The position numbers and the translations under genes are program-made. This document shows, piece by piece, positions 13,128 through 23,043 of a stretch of 64,000 nucleotides of DNA. The stretch spans positions 224,001 through 288,000 of the forward strand of contig CAWHHI010000004.1 in the NCBI GenBank assembly GCA_963829055.1, read 5' to 3'. The notes below the pieces were generated by a model. The model ran no database searches. It was not told the origin of the DNA and saw only the letters and a program-made list of their open reading frames with translations. Source of the stretch: an uncultured Gemmatimonadaceae bacterium (GTDB lineage Bacteria; Gemmatimonadota; Gemmatimonadetes; Gemmatimonadales; Gemmatimonadaceae). Positions within the stretch are counted from its first letter, which is position 1. Each line of letters starts with the position of its first letter.

Positions 13128-13463
13128 TCACGAAACGTTCAGTACGGCCTCGAGGCCAGCCGCGAAACGACGCCAGTTTTCGAGCTCGTCGCCGAGCGCG
13201 CGCTGTCCGGTGGCGGTAAGTCGGTAGTACCGGGCGCGACGGTTGTTATCGGTCGTGTCCCAGTCGCTGGTCACGAGACCCGCTTTCTCGAGGCGCTGCA
13301 GTGCCGGATACAGCGACCCCTGATTCACCTCCAGCACGCCCTTGGAGATCTGCTGCACGCGCTGGCTGATCCCCCACCCGTGCATGGGGGCGAGGGAAAG
13401 CGTTTTCAGGATCAGCAGGTCCAGCGAGCCCCGCAGGGCGTCCGTCTGTGGCCGTGGCGGCAT
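13128..13463 (-). CDS. PadR-family regulator (acidobacterial type)
   Basis: LRGSLDLLILKTL...HGWGI...NQGSLYPALQRLE...NNRRARYYRLT, directly upstream of an ADOP permease. Confidence 0.93.
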   Translation of the reverse strand: MPPRPQTDALRGSLDLLILKTLSLAPMHGWGISQRVQQISKGVLEVNQGSLYPALQRLEKAGLVTSDWDTTDNNRRARYYRLTATGQRALGDELENWRRFAAGLEAVLNVS

Positions 13464-13479
13464 GTGAGCTCCGGACAGT

Positions 13480-13537
13480 TTCTGTAGCTGTCGACAGAAC
13501 ACCTTATCAGCGTGTTCCTGTCGCTGTCAAGAGGAAC
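13480..13537. promoter_or_regulatory. Two related inverted repeats, candidate PadR operators
   Basis: TTCTGTAGCTGTCGACAGAA (13480-13499) and GTTCCTGTCGCTGTCAAGAGGAAC (13514-13537), just upstream of the padR start. Confidence 0.5.
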
Positions 13538-13628
13538 GGTGCTCGGCGCCGCGAAGGCTCGGTGGGCAATACGACCGTTGCTGTGCAAACAAAGCCGCAA
13601 CGATGCTGCTGTTACCTAACGGTTCGTG

Positions 13629-14605
13629 CTACTGCCGGGCGTCCAGACCAATCTGCTCGCGCAGCCAATCATGCCTGTCGAACAAGGCCTGTTGATTGAG
13701 TCCGTGTCCCGCGTCATACCAGCGAATCGTCTTTGACCGCGGCGCGGCTGTGTGCAACGCCTGCGCATCGGCTGCGGGTACCAGGTTGTCTCATTCGTCC
13801 GTTCTGCAGCAACAACGCGGTGGGCGACGCGTGCGCGATGAATCGAATCGGCTCGATGGGTGCCATGGCCCGGAACCAGCCGACGCGTGTCGCACAGGAC
13901 AGACTGGCCAAGAAGCTGAAATCCTCGGGTCCGGTGAAGTGCGAGACGAGACCGCCGTCTCCTACGACGAGCGCCGCAGCTTTGAGGCGCCGCTCGATCC
14001 CAGCGAACAGCGCACCCATCGCGCCGCCGTAACTGATGCCAAGGTAGGCGATGCGCTCATCGTCGACGTTGGCCCGTGCGCGCAACACATCGACGGCGCG
14101 TTGCAGATCCTTGATCAACTGGATCTGCTCGGCCCGATCCTGAGTGCTGAACCGGACGGGCTCTCCAGCGCGGCGAGCAAACGGGGCATCGATCGCAATC
14201 ACTACGGCACCGAACTGCGCGAGCACCTGCGCGTAAGGCCGCCATGCCGCGCGCGGTGCCGGGCATGCCGTGCATGAGCACGATGCCGGGGCGCAGACTC
14301 GAGCGCGTGACCGGATCGAACAACAATCCGGTTACCGATCCGCCGTCCCGACTATCGAAGGTGATGGCGCTGACCTCCACGCCGTTGTTCGTGGATTCGA
14401 CAGTCTTCTGCAGGTTCAGGGGCGCGTTGACGTCGTAGGCGAACAGGGCGAGGTCTGCGACGGTCGCCGCGCCTCCGAAATCGGGGCGTGCGACTGCACA
14501 GGAATCGGCGACGAGGCTCGGCTTGGTCGGCACGGTGCTCGGGTCGGCCGGGGACCCTGCGCATGCGGACGTGCACAGAGCGGCCAGCACAATCGCGTTT
14601 CTCAT
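13629..14605 (-). CDS. Alpha/beta-hydrolase lipoprotein (acetylxylan-esterase/dienelactone-hydrolase-like), frameshifted
   Basis: Lipobox TSAC; IVLMHGMPG; nucleophile elbow GISYGG; C-terminal WYDAGHGL...GLDARQ* in a third frame. Confidence 0.75.
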
Positions 14606-14802
14606 CGACACTCTCCAACGAAGTTCATCAATTCGATGGTCAAGAGCTGGTTGTGCTGGCTGTCGTGGTTTCCGGGACATCGCCCGGCTGACGTTCACCT
14701 CACGGCATCAGAAGATTCGGCGAGACGCTCGTCCGGACACGGTAGCGATCGCTGCCCGCTCGTGCATGCATGCGCAACATCAGTCGACAGCAACGATCGG
14801 CG

Positions 14803-16059
14803 TCATTCGCAACTCACCGCCGGACGGTAGGCTTGGTTATGCAGGCTACCGGAGGCGCCGCCGATATCGGTGCCGCCGCCGACTGCCCAGATCAGACCGT
14901 CTACAAAGGCTGACCCGACGACTCCATGGATGGGGATGGGCATGTTGGCGAGGCTTGTCCACTTGTCGCTTCGAGGATCGTAGTAGTCATGATCGGGCGT
15001 CATGCCGGTCGGCGCCTCGCCGCCCCAGACGTGGAAGCAGCCCCGGGCCATGACCCCGTTCATGCCGCTGCGGCCGCGCAGCATCGGGGCTGCGGTCGTC
15101 CAAACCCGGGTTCGTGGGTCGAAGACTTCGTTCGCATCCGATTTCAGGGGCGACAGACCGTTGCCGAGACGCCCGCCGACGATGTGAATGCGGCCGTTGA
15201 TCGCCGCACCGGTAATGTGATTGCGCTGGCTGGGTAGGTTCGGCAGCACCTCCCACCGATCGGCCGCCGGGTCGTAGACGGCGAAGTCGTTTCCGCGCGG
15301 CACGCGTCCCCCGGCGACGTAGATCTTGCCGTCGTGCACGACAGCCACCCCCCCGCTGCGCGCGGTGGGCATCCGCGCCTTCTCGACCCATGCACCCTTC
15401 GCGGGATCCAGCTCGTACACCCGGTCGACAGCCGTGGCGCCCTCTTGATCATCCGTGGTTTGGCCGCCGATGAGGTAGACTTTTCCATTGACGCCGGCCG
15501 CCATCCCGTGGTTGTTGGGCTGCGGGAGCTCCGGTCCGAGCTGCCAGCGGTCGCTCGCGATGTCGTAGATCTGCAGCGTACGGGACGTCTGCCGGGAAGC
15601 GGGATAACCGCCCATGACGTAGATCTTGCCGTTCGATTCGGCGAGGGCGAACTCGGAGTTCGCCACGAGCAATCCAGCGCGGAGCCCCCATCCGCCGGGG
15701 GCAACCGGCGCGCGGCTGAGCACAAATGCGGAAGCATTTGCCTCCGCTCCGCCTGCTACCGTGACGGAGGCCGTGCCCGCCGCATCGATGACGAATCCGG
15801 CTGCAGACGTAACCGCCAGCGCATACGTTCCCGGGGGCACCTTCGCAAAGGTGTAGACGCCGTTGGCGCCGCTATTCGCCGTGCGAGCGGCCTGCGCGTT
15901 TCCGGTCAACGTAACCACGGCGTTTGCCACGCCGGCGCCGCCGTTGTCGGTAACGGTGCCTCGGATGCTCCCGGTGGTATCAGGGCTCACCTTGGTCGTA
16001 CCATCACCGCCGCAGGAGGCGAGAATGACGACTGCCGCGAGCCCGAGTGCACGCCGCAT
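14803..16059 (-). CDS. Lipoprotein with carboxypeptidase-regulatory-like domain and Kelch beta-propeller
   Basis: Lipobox LASC; GSIRGTVTD...GVYTFAKVPPGTY; repeated GKIYVxGG...YDP...W Kelch motifs. Confidence 0.85.
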   Translation of the reverse strand: MRRALGLAAVVILASCGGDGTTKVSPDTTGSIRGTVTDNGGAGVANAVVTLTGNAQAARTANSGANGVYTFAKVPPGTYALAVTSAAGFVIDAAGTASVTVAGGAEANASAFVLSRAPVAPGGWGLRAGLLVANSEFALAESNGKIYVMGGYPASRQTSRTLQIYDIASDRWQLGPELPQPNNHGMAAGVNGKVYLIGGQTTDDQEGATAVDRVYELDPAKGAWVEKARMPTARSGGVAVVHDGKIYVAGGRVPRGNDFAVYDPAADRWEVLPNLPSQRNHITGAAINGRIHIVGGRLGNGLSPLKSDANEVFDPRTRVWTTAAPMLRGRSGMNGVMARGCFHVWGGEAPTGMTPDHDYYDPRSDKWTSLANMPIPIHGVVGSAFVDGLIWAVGGGTDIGGASGSLHNQAYRPAVSCE

Positions 16060-16198
16060 GGGACCTCCGACGCCACGGCTTGACGGCGGGGTGCTCGGCT
16101 CGGTCGCAGTGCCGTCGCCGGCGGAAATCAACGCAGTTGCCAGCGCGATTGTCGGTTTCTTCGGTTTCATGCTCGGTCTCCTCGATTCGCACATTGCT

Positions 16199-17407
16199 TC
16201 AGCAAGCACCTACTACGACAGTTCCTCCCGACATCCGCTGCCAACCGAGCGCCGCCTCTCGAGAGGGCAGCCAGCTCGCGCTCGAACGAGCGGAACCGTA
16301 GCACGCGTACGTCGAGATCGCGCCGGTCGACCGGTTGCCGAGCCAGCCGACCGTTTCCGACACTGCACGGAGCGGCGCCCCCGCAGTCGCCGGAAGACGC
16401 GCCGTGAGGACCGCATCGATCCAGTCGAACATCAGAGCGATGTCGACGATCGGTCCGTGACCAAAGGCATCGATGGAAAGCGACCAGGGTGCCCCGGCGG
16501 CTCGACCGGCTTCGAACACGGGCGTGATGTTCGCGGTCCGGTGCGGCTCATCCACTCTTCCGATCAGGAAAAATCCCGGAACGGGGGCCGCCGCCCCCGC
16601 CGGGCCAGGGGCGTGGCAGCCGCCCTTCATGGTGACGAACCCCGCCACCCGGGGACCGTGAGCGCGGCTGAACCCGTACGCGGTGCATCCCCCCTGCGAG
16701 TGCCCGACGAACAGGATGGGAATGTTCGCGAGCTCCGGATGAAGGCTCTGCGCGCCAAACTGGGAGAGTGCCTGTAGCAGCTTTTCGTAGTCTGCAGGCT
16801 GGTCGAGCAGGGTCGTCGTTCCGATGAGCGCCACGTTTCCGCCCGCGAGCTCGAGTGCGCGCCGCTTCACCTCCTCCAGCTCGTTAGGCAAGCACCAGAT
16901 GCTGCATCCTGTGCCCGAGGCGCCGCTCACGAGGCGGCGCGAATCCAGAGGATTGCCGGTGGCAGGGTCTCTCAAGCCAGGCAGGAAAGCGATCGCGACT
17001 TTGTACTCGGCTCTCCCCGCCGGCAGATTCGCGAGAGCGTTCTGGTGCGTGAAAATCGTCTGGTGCGACAACACGACGTCGTGGGCGTTCGTCCCCGCAC
17101 TCAGGCTGACGCTCTCCGACCGTTGATCGAAGCGCGGCGCGCTCGTGATGATCGTTCGATTACCGACCGGCAGATCCCGGAGCTCGAATCGTCCGTCGGT
17201 ACCGGTCGTGCCGGTTGCGCTTCCGATTTTCACCGATGCGCGTTCGATGACGGCTCCGGTGGCCGCCGTCACGACGCCGGACACGGTCGCGGTGGCGGTC
17301 TCGGTCGCAGTCGGGCTGCCAGGGTCACCCTTCCCGCACGCGGCGACGAGAATGGATGTCGCCGCCAACGCAAGCGGGAGCGTAGAGATCGATGTCGAGA
17401 ACTGCAT
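16199..17407 (-). CDS. Lipoprotein with carboxypeptidase-regulatory-like domain and alpha/beta-hydrolase domain
   Basis: Lipobox VAAC; VSGVVT...GRFELRDLPVG; GHSQGG elbow. Confidence 0.75.
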   Translation of the reverse strand: MQFSTSISTLPLALAATSILVAACGKGDPGSPTATETATATVSGVVTAATGAVIERASVKIGSATGTTGTDGRFELRDLPVGNRTIITSAPRFDQRSESVSLSAGTNAHDVVLSHQTIFTHQNALANLPAGRAEYKVAIAFLPGLRDPATGNPLDSRRLVSGASGTGCSIWCLPNELEEVKRRALELAGGNVALIGTTTLLDQPADYEKLLQALSQFGAQSLHPELANIPILFVGHSQGGCTAYGFSRAHGPRVAGFVTMKGGCHAPGPAGAAAPVPGFFLIGRVDEPHRTANITPVFEAGRAAGAPWSLSIDAFGHGPIVDIALMFDWIDAVLTARLPATAGAPLRAVSETVGWLGNRSTGAISTYACYGSARSSASWLPSREAALGWQRMSGGTVVVGAC

Positions 17408-17463
17408 GAGCCTCCCGGACGGGAACTAAGAAGCCAAAACGTGAGTCCACCCGCGCTACGTTC

Positions 17464-19641
17464 CTACTTCGCCAGCGGATCCGGCCGGAGCTGGAAGTGG
17501 ATCGCCTTGCTGGTATTTCCTTTCCCTCCCTCCATGTGGAACGGCGCCCGCGTGCTGATGGAGGCCCAGAGACCACGCCCCTTCCAGCCCGCGTTAGGGT
17601 CGTCGATCCGGCCGTCGAGCCACTTGGCGTAGAATCCCATGGGGTAGGGAACGCGCAGGACAACCCACTTTCCGTCCTTGAGCACCAGGAGCCCCTCGGA
17701 CTGATTCCCGGTGTTGATCGGGATGTTGGCGCCGAGGCCTAACGTGTTGAACTGGTCCACCCAGGTGAAGTAGCTGCCTTCGCCGCTCCCCTGGCCGGCG
17801 ACGTTGCCGAGCTGCGGCAGCGGCTCGGCGTAGAAGCGCCACCCCTCGGGACAGTGCTGGCCCGTGGCAGTCGGTCCGTTCAACGGACCTTTGCACTTGC
17901 GACGGTCGAAGCTCGCCAGGTGCCCGCTCGCCAGGGCGGCCCAGTACACCCCGTTCCGGTCCACGTCCCCGCCGCGCGGGGAGAAGCCCACGTTAGGCGC
18001 TGCCGGGTTGTTCCACGGGATCTCGAACACCTCGGTGAGCGCGGTCTCCGGCGGGTTCGCGCCCGGCGTCAGGCGGAATATCGCGCCGGGGAACCCGAAC
18101 ATCGTGCCCCACACCGATCCGTCCGGCGCCGGCGCCAGCGCATACGGACCGCCTCCGTACTGCCCGGGTTGAATGCGCCTGTCCCTGGCCGGATCCACGG
18201 GCGCGTTAGGCTCCACGTACTCGTCGCGGCGGCCGTTCCCGTTCAGGTCCATGATCAGCGCGGTCCATCCCTGCGCTTTCTCCTCGTCGGCCGTCTGGTC
18301 CCACAGCTTCGTATTCAACCATCCCACCACCGGGCCGCCACCGCTCGTCCAGAGCGTGCGGTTCGCGTCTTCGGCGAACATCAGGTGGTGCGTCCCGTAG
18401 CAGGTGGAGATGTGCTTCATCTCCTTCCTCTTCGGATCGTAGACCGCGAGGTGACGGCCCGAGTTATTGAGGGGGAAGAGGCGCGCCGACGGATGGCTCG
18501 ACCCCGCCTTGCAGAAGTCCGGGTTCGCCGGACCACGCACTCTGGAGGTGAGCCACACGCGTCCCGTCTCGTCGAACATCGGATTGTGCACGTTCGCCTT
18601 GCTGGTCCAGATCGGCTCGGTGCCCCAGTACGGCGAGGCGAACGGGACCTGCTGCGGTGACGACGGCGGGATGTTCGGGTCGCTGAGCGTGACGGGAACC
18701 CGGGTCGCCGTGTGGGTCTTGGGGTCGAGCACCGGCATGTAGTCGGCGCTCGCCTCGAGCACCGCGTAGATCGAGCCGCCCGCGTTGACTGTCGGGTTGC
18801 GTCGGTCTGTGGAGACGAGATCGTGCAGGTACGCCTTCGGGTCCGCCCAGTCCCACATGGTGATGACGACGTTCCGCTCGATCCCCTGCGGGCGGGGCGG
18901 CGTCGGTGGTACCTCGCCGGCGGCGATGCGGTCCGTCCAGTCAGCGAACATCTTGAGCGTGCGCGGCCCCATCTGCTGCACTGGCCCCGCCATCGCCCCT
19001 CCTGCCTGGCCGGACTGTAGCCGACGCTCCCACGCCTTCACGGAGCTCTCGAAGGTGCCTAACGCGGGGTGCAGCTCGCGCGTCCCCTTGCTCCCCAGCT
19101 GATGGCAACCCAGGCAGGAACTGTTCTTGAGCAGGCGCACGTACTCCGCCTGACTCTTGAAGACAGGATTGATCCCGTTCCCCTCCGGGCCCGTGCCGGG
19201 GAACTCGCTCTCGGCTGGGACCTTGAGCAGCGAGTACCAGTACCCGGCCGGGTAGTACTGGGCCGCGGCACGCGGATTCGGCGCGGCGGTCGCACGCAGG
19301 TTCATCATCGCGCCCGGCTTCGCTCGCTGCCTGGGCGAGTCGACGAGCCCGTAGCCGCGCACCCAGACGTCGTAGCTCGCCTTTGGCAGATCGGGGAGCA
19401 GATAGCGCCCCTGCCCGTCGGTGACCACGATCCTGGCGAACTTCGTCGGGAGGTCGGACGTTTCGGCGATAACCCACACACCGGCCTCGGGGCCGCGCGC
19501 TCCCGTCACCACTCCGGCGATGTCGTCGCTATCGATCCTCGTCGCACCGGGGGTCGTCTGCGCGCAGAGCGTGGAGGCTGCCCAGAGCAGCGTTGAAGCC
19601 GCGACCGTCGCAACCACGAACGGTGCCTTCGTCGTTTTCAT
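17464..19641 (-). CDS. Secreted protein: carboxypeptidase-regulatory-like domain, CxxCH heme-c motif and probable beta-propeller
   Basis: Signal peptide; IAGVVTG...GRYLLPDLP...VWVRGYGL; CLGCH; W/G/D-rich strand repeats. Confidence 0.8.
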   Translation of the reverse strand: MKTTKAPFVVATVAASTLLWAASTLCAQTTPGATRIDSDDIAGVVTGARGPEAGVWVIAETSDLPTKFARIVVTDGQGRYLLPDLPKASYDVWVRGYGLVDSPRQRAKPGAMMNLRATAAPNPRAAAQYYPAGYWYSLLKVPAESEFPGTGPEGNGINPVFKSQAEYVRLLKNSSCLGCHQLGSKGTRELHPALGTFESSVKAWERRLQSGQAGGAMAGPVQQMGPRTLKMFADWTDRIAAGEVPPTPPRPQGIERNVVITMWDWADPKAYLHDLVSTDRRNPTVNAGGSIYAVLEASADYMPVLDPKTHTATRVPVTLSDPNIPPSSPQQVPFASPYWGTEPIWTSKANVHNPMFDETGRVWLTSRVRGPANPDFCKAGSSHPSARLFPLNNSGRHLAVYDPKRKEMKHISTCYGTHHLMFAEDANRTLWTSGGGPVVGWLNTKLWDQTADEEKAQGWTALIMDLNGNGRRDEYVEPNAPVDPARDRRIQPGQYGGGPYALAPAPDGSVWGTMFGFPGAIFRLTPGANPPETALTEVFEIPWNNPAAPNVGFSPRGGDVDRNGVYWAALASGHLASFDRRKCKGPLNGPTATGQHCPEGWRFYAEPLPQLGNVAGQGSGEGSYFTWVDQFNTLGLGANIPINTGNQSEGLLVLKDGKWVVLRVPYPMGFYAKWLDGRIDDPNAGWKGRGLWASISTRAPFHMEGGKGNTSKAIHFQLRPDPLAK

Positions 19642-19841
19642 CTGCCAGCTCCAATCTGATGATGTCACGCCACGATAGGCGCGACTCGATCGGGACGAGG
19701 CCGGCCTGGCGTTAGGCGGCCGGGCGTGCCAACCCGTTCCCGACGGGACGGCATCGCGAGAGGCCTCGTTGGGTTGCTGTGCTGAAAGGTCGTATGCGAG
19801 CATGACCGACGCGATGACGCACCCGGCGGGCGGCCCAAATC

Positions 19842-19873
19842 GGCGACGAGCGGAAAATTCTGGCGACGAGCGG
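19842..19873 (-). promoter_or_regulatory. Candidate LytTR box (CCGCTCGTCGCC x2, 20-bp period)
   Basis: GGCGACGAGCGG at 19842 and 19862, upstream of the CxxCH gene. A homologous block lies at 22028-22059. Confidence 0.6.
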
Positions 19874-19905
19874 CAAGCGGACGCGACGTCGTCGCCGCGG
19901 TCGCC

Positions 19906-20637
19906 TCATCCGAACCGGTCTCTGAGCCGAGCCCCGAACCGCCGACTCATGGTCATCGGGTCCGGCAGGCCGCGCAGGTAAACGCGCTGGCTCGCGTGCG
20001 ACCATGGCTCCATCCGCTCGACGAAATCGAGGTTCACGATCGTCGAGCGGTGTATACGTACAAACTGCCGGTCTGGGAGGCGCTGTTCCCATTCCCGGAG
20101 CGACTTCGACGACGGCTTGCGCGTTAGGTGCGGGGCCAGGAGTAGTGTGGAGCCGTCCCCCTCCGCCTCGATGGCCACAATGTCGCGCACCCGGACGAAG
20201 GCGCGCTCCTGGCCGAGGCGCAGGAACAGACGGTCCTCGTAGGTGACTGTCTCGCGGACAGGCGTTGTCGGCTGCGACGCCGCGAGCCGGTTCACCGTCA
20301 CCGCGAGCCGCTCGGGCTCTACCGGCTTGAGCAGGTAATCAAGGGCATTCACCTCGAAGGCGCGGAGCGTGTACTCGTCGTGCGCGGTCACGAACACGAC
20401 GTTCACATCCGCGCCCAGCAGCGGTAGCAGGTCCATCCCCGTCTCGCCCGCGAGCTGGATGTCGAGAAATACCACGTCTGCGTCGGTGGCATGCACGAGT
20501 CGCGCAGCATCGGCCACCGACGCAGCCTCGCCCACGACGTGCAACTGATCGGCGTGCTCCTCGAGCAACGTCCGAAGCTCGAATCGGGCGAGGCGCTCGT
20601 CGTCCACGATCACGGCGTGGCGTCGGCGCGCGCTCAC
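19906..20637 (-). CDS. LytTR-family response regulator
   Basis: IVDDERLAR...FLDIQL...DYLLKP; FVRIHRSTIVN...MSRR. Confidence 0.93.
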   Translation of the reverse strand: MSARRRHAVIVDDERLARFELRTLLEEHADQLHVVGEAASVADAARLVHATDADVVFLDIQLAGETGMDLLPLLGADVNVVFVTAHDEYTLRAFEVNALDYLLKPVEPERLAVTVNRLAASQPTTPVRETVTYEDRLFLRLGQERAFVRVRDIVAIEAEGDGSTLLLAPHLTRKPSSKSLREWEQRLPDRQFVRIHRSTIVNLDFVERMEPWSHASQRVYLRGLPDPMTMSRRFGARLRDRFG

Positions 20638-21809
20638 GTCGCTGCCTCGGCGCGGAAGCGGGCTGGCAACTCCACGACAACGCGCACACGTCCACCCGTC
20701 TCATCGATCTCGATGCGATGGTCCGCGGGATGGAGCGCGGCGAGGCGTGCGCGGACATTGGCGAGCCCCACACCGCCAGGCCGGCCGTCGTCGTCCTCGT
20801 CGGCGTTAGGCGCGGTCGTCTGCTCGCCCGCCCACCGTCCCGTATTTTCGACCACGAGCCTGAGCCGGTCTGGCGGCACCAGCCGCGCCGCCACACGCAG
20901 CACGAGCGGCGCATTGGTGGTGCCGGTGACGCCGTGCTTCACCGCATTCTCCACGAGCGGGTTGAGGAGGAACGCCGGCACCTCGCAGCGCAGCGCGGCG
21001 GGCTCGATCTCCATGTGAGCGTCGAGACGCTCCTCGAAGCGCACCTGCTCTACGGCCAGGTAGCCGCGCACCGACGCCACCTCCTCTTCCAGCAACGCCG
21101 TGTGCAGCGGACGCTCCACCAGTGCGTAGCGAAGATAGCGCGAGAGTGCAGTCACCATCTCGCGGGCGCGCTGACGGTCCTCGTTGATCAGCGCGCGGAT
21201 CGAGTTGAGCGTGTTGAACAGGAAGTGAGGGTTGAGCTGGTACGCGAGCATCCGGAGCTGCGCGTCGCGGGCCGCGGCCACGGCGCGCAGTGCCTGCTCC
21301 CGCTGCTCCCGCAGCGCGGTGTTGTACTGCAGCCCCAGGTGCACGAGGCTCCACCCGAACAGCGGCAGGATGCAGTGTTCCAGCGCGCCGTCGAGGATCC
21401 ATTCGCGCGGGAAGCGGAGCCGCGACGGCGCATCGATGATCACAGAATGGAGGGTGGCGGCGCCGTACTGCCGGTGGTAGTAGAAGGCGACGTTCCACAG
21501 CATCCCTGCCACGATCGACCCCACGACGCTGATGGCGAGCGTCCGGCCGAAGGACGCCGGCCCAACGCCGAGGCGGTCGTATACGCGGCCGAGCAGCATC
21601 GCCAGCAGGAAGCCGATGAGGACGTACACCGACTCGGTCGCCAGGATGACATCCCACGGCATCACGTCGAGCGAGCCGATCATCATCGCGATGCCGAACA
21701 CCAGCCAGCCGCCGACGGTGAGCAACCAATAGCTCCAGGGTCGCTTAACGTCAGGGGCGACCTCGAGGAAATCCGCCGCACCGGCGCGAAGTGTGGACAA
21801 GGGCGTCAT
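20634..21809 (-). CDS. LytS-type sensor histidine kinase
   Basis: Several TM helices; YQLNPHFLFNTLNSI; LVENAVKHG; GVGLANVRARL. Confidence 0.93.
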   Translation of the reverse strand: MTPLSTLRAGAADFLEVAPDVKRPWSYWLLTVGGWLVFGIAMMIGSLDVMPWDVILATESVYVLIGFLLAMLLGRVYDRLGVGPASFGRTLAISVVGSIVAGMLWNVAFYYHRQYGAATLHSVIIDAPSRLRFPREWILDGALEHCILPLFGWSLVHLGLQYNTALREQREQALRAVAAARDAQLRMLAYQLNPHFLFNTLNSIRALINEDRQRAREMVTALSRYLRYALVERPLHTALLEEEVASVRGYLAVEQVRFEERLDAHMEIEPAALRCEVPAFLLNPLVENAVKHGVTGTTNAPLVLRVAARLVPPDRLRLVVENTGRWAGEQTTAPNADEDDDGRPGGVGLANVRARLAALHPADHRIEIDETGGRVRVVVELPARFRAEAAT

Positions 21810-22027
21810 CGCTGCAGGGAATCGTTGGCGAAGTTGCGATCGCGGGTAAGGTAGAAGTCGGCCCTCCTCTCCATCATTGCAAGATCGCTACGAACGCCTG
21901 GCGTGGTGGTTAGGAACGCGAGACGTCCTAACGAGTCTCTCGACCGCGGTGTCGGGCTCGGTATCGCGGCAAGGTCGCATCGCAATCATCCGCGGCGCGA
22001 TGACGCAGCCGGCAGGCGGCGCAAATC

Positions 22028-22059
22028 GGCGACGAGCGGATCGCCCTGGCGACGAGCGG
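22028..22059 (-). promoter_or_regulatory. Candidate LytTR box upstream of the kinase (autoregulation)
   Basis: GGCGACGAGCGG at 22028 and 22048, preceded by the same GCGATGACGCA...CAAATC context as at 19811-19841. Confidence 0.55.
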
Positions 22060-22227
22060 TGCTGGCGCACCATCCCGCTCTGCGCTCGCAGCGAACGGCG
22101 CCGGCTCGTTGCTCTATCGCGCGGTCGCCCTGTGCCATATCGTGCACATCGCCATCGCCCCCGCCCCCGCCTGGCCGTCGGTCCCGGGGCGAGAAGCGCA
22201 ACGCCGGCATGACTGCCGGCAGGACCC

Positions 22228-22910
22228 ATGGAGGTCCACTTGTCCCACAGCCGCATCGTTGTCGCCCAGCTCGCCACTGCCCTCGTCACCCTACTCGCCG
22301 CATGCGCGCCCGACGCGCCCACCGGTCCCGACGCTCTAGCGCATCTGCGGCCCGCACAAGCCGCGCACTAACCAGCCAAGGTGCCGCCGGCGCGGGCGGG
22401 TCAGGTGGCGCCATCTTCGTGATCGGCACCGACGACTTCTTCGCAATCATCACCAACGACCCGCAGCGGCAACTCACGACGACGCTGGGGACCACGCTGG
22501 CGGCCACCGAGCTCTTTTGCAGCGGCGGGCCGTTTGAAGCCGACGTGTTCACCTATCGCACGCTGACGACGCCCTCCGGCAAGGTACTCGAGCACTTGCA
22601 GGCGGAGGACGTCGCCGTGGTGGTGTGGGACGGGTACTACGAGTTCAACACCGACTTCTGCGCGTTCGTCGCAAGTACGCCGGTGCTGGCGGTCGGCACC
22701 GCGGACTACGTGATCACGAGCAACAACTTGCTCGCGCCAGCCGGCGCCCCGGGCGCGACCGAGGACAACACGCGCGCCCACGGCACGGTGACCAACGTGC
22801 AGACCGGGGAGTTGCTGCACTACGTCGTGCGGTCAGGCAGCCTCGTGACCGGCGGCGGCACCAACAAGGGCTTCAACAACAACATCCTGCTCACGCCAAT
22901 GAAGCGGTGA
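22228..22910 (+). CDS. Hypothetical lipoprotein (frameshift near 22340)
   Basis: ALVTLLAACAPDAPTGP in one frame continues into GGAIFVIGTDDFF...ILLTPMKR in another. Confidence 0.55.
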
Positions 22911-23043
22911 GTCGATGGTGCGTCGGCGAGCCGCGCGGAGCTCGCCGGCGCACGCGGTAGGCGGCGGCTGTCCCGCCGCCGACGCCGCTTCGAGAAGCGT
23001 TAGGCACGAGCACGGAAGTGCACCGTGTTGCACGGCCCTGCAC

